Below the pieces are notes generated by a model. The model had not been told where the DNA came from and ran no database searches. It was given only the letters and a program-made list of their open reading frames with translations. Below, piece by piece: positions 44,795-49,155 of a stretch of DNA of 49,155 nt. The stretch covers positions 1-49,155 of IMG/VR virus record IMGVR_UViG_3300048849_000043, one strand, 5' to 3'. The translations under genes and the position numbers were made by a program. Each line of letters begins with the position of its first letter. The stretch's first letter is position 1. This DNA comes from a virus. Its lineage: Duplodnaviria; Caudoviricetes.

Positions 44795-45370
44795 TTACGC
44801 CACGAGTTGGCGCCCCACCTCGACGGTGGCGATCAGGGATCGACCCTTCCGCTTGTTGCACAGCAGATGAGCGATCGCGACGTTCGTTCGGATGTCATCG
44901 CCGCCTTCGCAGAGCGGAACGATGTGGTCGATGGAGCGGCTCATCTCAGCGGGGTACGCGAGAGCTGAATCGATGTCTTCGGTGCAGATCGAGCACACCC
45001 AGCCGTCTCGATCAGCGATCTCAACGACGGTGTACGGCTCGCGTTGGACGCCAAGTTTGCGCGCTCGACGTGCCATGTTGACTGCTCGGTTGCGACAGGT
45101 TCGCGTGCAGTATTTGGTGTCTTTGCGTCTGCCGACGAAGCCATTTCCGCACATCACGCAATCGAGTGAGTGAGCCGAGGGGGTGAAGTTCGCTCGGTGA
45201 CGGGCCGCTGTTTGCGCTCGATTGCGAGCAGCGTAGTCGGGGTTTGAAAGTCGATACTGCCTGATACGACAGGCTTCGGAACACCAGCGTCGCGGATTGC
45301 GAGCACGAACTGACTGAACGACTACCGCGCCGCAGGCGCAGTTCGTCGGTGCAGCGATCTGTGCGGACAT
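44795..45370 (-). CDS. HNH endonuclease with Zn-finger N-terminus
   Basis: RDGWVCSIC...SIDHIVPL...AHLLCNKRK. Confidence 0.9.
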   Translation of the reverse strand: MSAQIAAPTNCACGAVVVQSVRARNPRRWCSEACRIRQYRLSNPDYAARNRAQTAARHRANFTPSAHSLDCVMCGNGFVGRRKDTKYCTRTCRNRAVNMARRARKLGVQREPYTVVEIADRDGWVCSICTEDIDSALAYPAEMSRSIDHIVPLCEGGDDIRTNVAIAHLLCNKRKGRSLIATVEVGRQLVA

Positions 45371-45429
45371 GCTGGAATCTCCCAGACTTGTAGAAAATCC
45401 GAGCAGCAGTGTGTTCCGGAGGACAGCAG

Positions 45430-45461
45430 ACCCCCGGGCGGGGGGCTCCCCACCCGGGGGT
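45430..45461. other. GC-rich inverted repeat, candidate cos/packaging region
   Basis: ACCCCCGGG...CCCGGGGGT immediately after the small HNH gene and upstream of terS. Confidence 0.35.
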
Positions 45462-45463
45462 GC

Positions 45464-45763
45464 TCAGGCGAGCCCTGGGTGATGCTCCCGCGGCCGGCGA
45501 GCGGATGCGTGACTCGCTCGCCGTGCCGCGGTTGCCTGCTTCTGTGTCTCGACCTTGTGACACGGCGCGCATGCGGCGACACCGTTGTCCACGTCGTACT
45601 CGAGGTCAGGTCGGATGGCTGGGCGTACCAGGTGGTGTGCCTCGTTGGCTGTGCCTAGACAGCCTGAGTGGCGCAGCCTGCACGACCATGCGTCACGGTC
45701 GAGTACGTCACGCCGCCATGCCTTGTGCTGGGCGTTGTTCCTGCTGCCGTCCGAGTCCCACAT
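45464..45763 (-). CDS. Packaging-associated HNH endonuclease
   Basis: WRRDVLDRD..C...AHH...NGVAACAPCHKVET; upstream of terS. Confidence 0.85.
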   Translation of the reverse strand: MWDSDGSRNNAQHKAWRRDVLDRDAWSCRLRHSGCLGTANEAHHLVRPAIRPDLEYDVDNGVAACAPCHKVETQKQATAARRASHASARRPREHHPGLA

Positions 45764-45853
45764 GGTCAGGCTCGGTAACTGGTGGCGGTGGTCGTCACGC
45801 CTGCGGTGCACTGCGTCTGGGGTCGACTGACCCTCGAATTGGTGTGCAGGACA

Positions 45854-45882
45854 ATTACACCACACCGATACCACAAGGTCAT
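45854..45882 (-). promoter_or_regulatory. Candidate late promoter
   Basis: ATGACC-N17-TGTAAT with a TG extension, in the AT-richer gap before the HNH gene. Confidence 0.3.
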
Positions 45883-46214
45883 GACGGTTCGCTCACGTCG
45901 TGCGTGTTGCCTGCCGTGATCACCCTTGGCAGAGGCAGGACTCCCTCGCCCTGTTGGACTGCGGGGACATGGACTACGTCGTCGCCGGCGGCGTTCCACT
46001 CGATCCGACCCTTGTCGTCGACGGCGAACGTTGTGTAGAGGATGCGGCCGCGCTTGGCATCCCGTTCGATCGTGGTCTCTGATGGGATCTTGTCGGGGTC
46101 GAGCTCATGGAACTGGAGCCATCTGATCAGCGCCTCGTACTCAGGTGTGCCTCTGTAGATGGGGTACGACTGGGCCGCGTCGATCACGGTGCCAACGAAT
46201 GTGTGTGCGCTCAT
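45879..46214 (-). CDS. Hypothetical protein
   Basis: Coupled ORF; WLQFHELDP. Confidence 0.6.
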   Translation of the reverse strand: MSAHTFVGTVIDAAQSYPIYRGTPEYEALIRWLQFHELDPDKIPSETTIERDAKRGRILYTTFAVDDKGRIEWNAAGDDVVHVPAVQQGEGVLPLPRVITAGNTHDVSEPS

Positions 46215-46474
46215 GAAGTGACCTTCAATCCGAGCTCGCGTCGGTGCTGGTTGGCTACTCGCCGAATGAATCGCAGCGCGGACGCAAGATCACCCGTGTC
46301 GGGTTCGGACCATGGTGCGCGCCCTTCTCGCCAAGTCCTGCCCTCATTGCCCTGCACCAGCGTCCACACCGTGCCGCAATCGCACGCCCAGACGGAACCA
46401 GCCGGATTGAACACGCCGGCGAACAGTGGAGGACGGGTGTGCACGTGCGGCACGTGAACCATTCGCCCGCTCAT
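46211..46474 (-). CDS. Hypothetical protein
   Basis: GSVWACDCGTVW; ATGA overlap. Confidence 0.55.
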   Translation of the reverse strand: MSGRMVHVPHVHTRPPLFAGVFNPAGSVWACDCGTVWTLVQGNEGRTWREGRAPWSEPDTGDLASALRFIRRVANQHRRELGLKVTS

Positions 46475-47370
46475 CGGTCGCCGCCAAGCCACTCGTGCGA
46501 GTCGGGGTTCCCCTCGGTCAGGGCATCAGCGTGGGCGGTGAGGAACACGACCGAGTTCTTGACCTCGCCTGGATGCAGCGCCTGGATCGCCGCAGCAGCC
46601 AGCCGTAGCTCGTCCGCCCGCTCGGCGCGATTGTGGGCCGCGAGGTACTCGGGGTCGGCGAGACTCTCGACGATGTGCGCATCGAGTTCGTCCTCGAAGG
46701 TCTCCGCCCGCACCTCCTGCTCGTGCTTGGCGACCGGCGCAACGGACCATCCGGCCGCTTCGATCTCGTCGAGCGCCTCGTAGGCGCGCCCTGTGTACTC
46801 GTTCCACGCCTCATAGGGCTCGGGCGAACCGGACGTCAGCATCTCGTCCTCATCCCAGGCCCCGTCGACGCGGCACAGGCGACGGGCGACGGCCTCGATG
46901 AGGCCCGTCCGGTCCGCCGGAGGCGGAGCCGCGACGTCACCCGTCCCCTCGACCGCACCGGACACGGGAGCGAGGACAGCGCGGAGTTCATCAACCAGTA
47001 GAGCGACGATGTGTCGGGTGAACAGATAGGCGTCCTCGTGGCGATCCTCGGCGTCGTGGTCGGTCGTGAAGTCGCACCCGGCGCACTCGAACCACTCTTG
47101 ATCGCCGCCGTCCTGCCGGATGACGTGACGGGGCTCGTGCTGGACGAGGATGTCGTCCCACTCGTTGTCGTCCGCCAGCGCCGCCACTGCACCCAGCGCA
47201 GCACGAGCCTGCTGGACCTCGCGGTGCCAAGCCCGTGCGTGACTTTCAGACTCTCCGCCCTCGCGCCGAGCGCGACCTATCTCGGTTCGCAGCCGTTCGT
47301 TTTCCGTCGCCAGCGCATCGAGCCGCGCCTGCCACTCCGCCGGCACCGGCGCCGACACATCCCCGCTCAC
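46471..47370 (-). CDS. Mosaic hypothetical protein
   Basis: GTG at 47370; coiled coil and CAGC motif. Confidence 0.6.
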   Translation of the reverse strand: MSGDVSAPVPAEWQARLDALATENERLRTEIGRARREGGESESHARAWHREVQQARAALGAVAALADDNEWDDILVQHEPRHVIRQDGGDQEWFECAGCDFTTDHDAEDRHEDAYLFTRHIVALLVDELRAVLAPVSGAVEGTGDVAAPPPADRTGLIEAVARRLCRVDGAWDEDEMLTSGSPEPYEAWNEYTGRAYEALDEIEAAGWSVAPVAKHEQEVRAETFEDELDAHIVESLADPEYLAAHNRAERADELRLAAAAIQALHPGEVKNSVVFLTAHADALTEGNPDSHEWLGGDR

Positions 47371-47663
47371 GACGCGGCCTCGACCGTGGCAGGCCAGGCC
47401 ACACCCGCAGAGGTCAGCGTTAGCGTCGCGCCTTCCTCGGGGCCGATGTACTCGTAGGTCAGCAGCCCGCGGCGCTGCAGCGCCTGAGCGGTACGCCAGT
47501 TGATGAACGCCGGCCATTCGACCCGTGTGCCGCGACGGGTCTCATCGGACCAGGTGGCGTCACTGATCGTCGCCCCATCCCATGACTCCGCCGGGTATTG
47601 CTCGCGACGTCGCTGCAGCATCTCCATCGCCCGACGCTGCTCGACTGTCAGGCGCGCGCTCAC
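47367..47663 (-). CDS. Hypothetical wHTH-like protein
   Basis: LTVEQRRAM...RTAQALQRRGLL...LTSAG. Confidence 0.6.
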   Translation of the reverse strand: MSARLTVEQRRAMEMLQRRREQYPAESWDGATISDATWSDETRRGTRVEWPAFINWRTAQALQRRGLLTYEYIGPEEGATLTLTSAGVAWPATVEAAS

Positions 47664-48172
47664 GACGCGCTCCGGCCGAGGGTCGTCGCATCAGCCCGGT
47701 CAGCGACCGCGACAAGATGCGCAGCGAAAAGACGCAACTCGTCCGGTGTCGTCGCCAGTCTCGCGACCCCGTCACGCTTCGCCGCGTCGGACACGTGAAC
47801 CGACACCTCGAACCGATCGAACGACGGACCGAAGTTGAGCCGGCACCCGAACGAGATGTCCCAGCCCACGTACAACGTCGACGGGTCCATCTGGTCGTCG
47901 TCGCTGCGAAGCTCGGCGTCCTCGTACATCTCGGTCAGCAGGTGTGGCGGGCCGGCCCACTTACTCCGTGTTGGCGCCGGCGCCTGACGAACGAGTCGCA
48001 GCGGTCCCCACTTCCGTTCGACGTGCTCACGGCTGAACGGCGCGGTGTCCTTCGTGTGCATCAGCCCGTCACGGCCGAGACGCCAGACGTCGCCGTGGCG
48101 GTCGATCCACGACTCGTTGTCGGCCTGCTGGTGTCCGGTGTCGTGACCGGCGGTCGGGTTGTCAGCTGTCAT
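47660..48172 (-). CDS. Hypothetical protein
   Basis: ATG at 48172 with AGGAG RBS; WIDRHGDVW...WGPL. Confidence 0.6.
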   Translation of the reverse strand: MTADNPTAGHDTGHQQADNESWIDRHGDVWRLGRDGLMHTKDTAPFSREHVERKWGPLRLVRQAPAPTRSKWAGPPHLLTEMYEDAELRSDDDQMDPSTLYVGWDISFGCRLNFGPSFDRFEVSVHVSDAAKRDGVARLATTPDELRLFAAHLVAVADRADATTLGRSAS

Positions 48173-49155
48173 GGTCGCTCCTGGGGTGGGTGATGACCGA
48201 TGTCGGCGGGTTGCCGCTGTCGGCGTAGAGATCACGGAGCATCTGCTCCTGGAAGGGCTCGAGTCTGAAGTCGGTGTGTTCGCGGACGTTGTCGATCACG
48301 TCTTCAGCAGGCGACTGCTCGTCTGCCGCGGGTGCGGCGCCGCAGATCTCGCATGTGCCTGTCTTCTCGTCGATCCGGTCGTGCTGGCACGCGGCTTGGA
48401 CGCGGGCGTCTTCTCGGGCTGCGGCTTCCTTCTTCGCCGCTTCGATCTTCAGGCGGGCGGTCCGTTCGACCGCACGGTCGCGGACGTCAGGCCACCAGAC
48501 GAGGAGTCGGCCGCCAGGCATCTCGCGGGCGGTGAGGACGTCCTTGCGGCGCATCCACGACCGGATGGTGTTCTTCGGGACCCCCGCGGTCTTCATCGCC
48601 TCGGACGGAATGACGAACCGTGCGGCGCCTTGGGAGTGGAGTGCTTGGGCTTCGGCCATCTTGAACTGGGCGTAGTCGTACTCGGTGCGGCATGCGGGGC
48701 ACCGGTAGCGGTCCCACCGGACCTGCGCGGCCCACAGTTTCATCAGCCGGGGGTGGGTTTCGCAGATCTCGGAGATGCAGTGGACGCGGGTGAACTCGGC
48801 ACGGTTCCCGGACTTCAGGATGGACTCGAGGTACTTACGGACGTTCTTCAGATCGGTGTGCAGGGCCCGGTGTTCGACGAAGACAGGGCGGCCCTCAGCG
48901 TTCAGGGAGTACAGCCACGGGATGGACCTGCGGATGTACGCGGCTGCCTTGTGGACGTCTGACCTGAGGTTCACCTGTTCGCCGCGGACCGCCCGGATCT
49001 GCGCTTCCCAGTCGGTAAGGACCAGTTCCGGGTGGGTGTCGGTGTCGAGCTGGTCGAAGACGTAGGCGAGGAGCCGAGCCGCTTCTGCTTTGTGGCCGGC
49101 GTCGATCTTCACGTCCGCTTCATGCTCCGCAGCTTCGAACTGCTGCTCCCACCCC
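48162..49155 (-). CDS. C-terminal part of the junction-spanning putative late-transcription regulator (Zn ribbon plus HTH)
   Basis: C...C...CPAC; GVPKNTIRSWMRR...LVWWPDV; in frame with 1-294. Confidence 0.75.
   Translation of the reverse strand, partial: GWEQQFEAAEHEADVKIDAGHKAEAARLLAYVFDQLDTDTHPELVLTDWEAQIRAVRGEQVNLRSDVHKAAAYIRRSIPWLYSLNAEGRPVFVEHRALHTDLKNVRKYLESILKSGNRAEFTRVHCISEICETHPRLMKLWAAQVRWDRYRCPACRTEYDYAQFKMAEAQALHSQGAARFVIPSEAMKTAGVPKNTIRSWMRRKDVLTAREMPGGRLLVWWPDVRDRAVERTARLKIEAAKKEAAAREDARVQAACQHDRIDEKTGTCEICGAAPAADEQSPAEDVIDNVREHTDFRLEPFQEQMLRDLYADSGNPPTSVITHPRSDHDS
49029..49155. repeat. Terminal direct repeat, right copy
   Basis: Identical to 1-127. Confidence 0.95.

Overview
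This window is an apparently complete, circularly permuted genome of a temperate, high-GC actinobacterial siphovirus. Bases 1-127 are identical to 49029-49155, giving a unit length of about 49,028 bp, and one gene runs across the junction. No LysB is recognisable, which suggests a non-mycolic-acid host; a Nocardioides-like host is an inference only. Almost all genes are on the minus strand. The late arm runs HNH, terS, terL, portal, MuF-like, scaffold, decoration, gpE-like capsid, neck, tail, tape measure, SGNH tail protein and lysis (45763 down to 21877). The early arm runs cro, xis, a repeat protein, two beta-clamp paralogues, two DNA methyltransferases, a replication initiator, a DUF4406-DUF550 fusion, a DnaQ-like exonuclease, an MmcB-like nuclease and an HNH (14158 down to 1). 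The lysogeny region (14.1-21.3 kb) is the most unusual part. A HipA-like kinase/DUF3037 pair sits in the repressor operon. An ImmA-like protease lies behind a PafBC-type DNA-damage promoter. A HerA/FtsK-like ATPase with tandem wHTH domains lies between a tRNA-type attP and the tyrosine integrase, is translationally coupled to the integrase, and has a LexA-like box over its start codon. Other notable features are a frameshift-free duplicated tail assembly chaperone, an M15 peptidase-EEP fusion endolysin, and a 16 x 27-bp coding repeat with two binary positions. All calls come from reading motifs and gene order by eye; no database searches were run.
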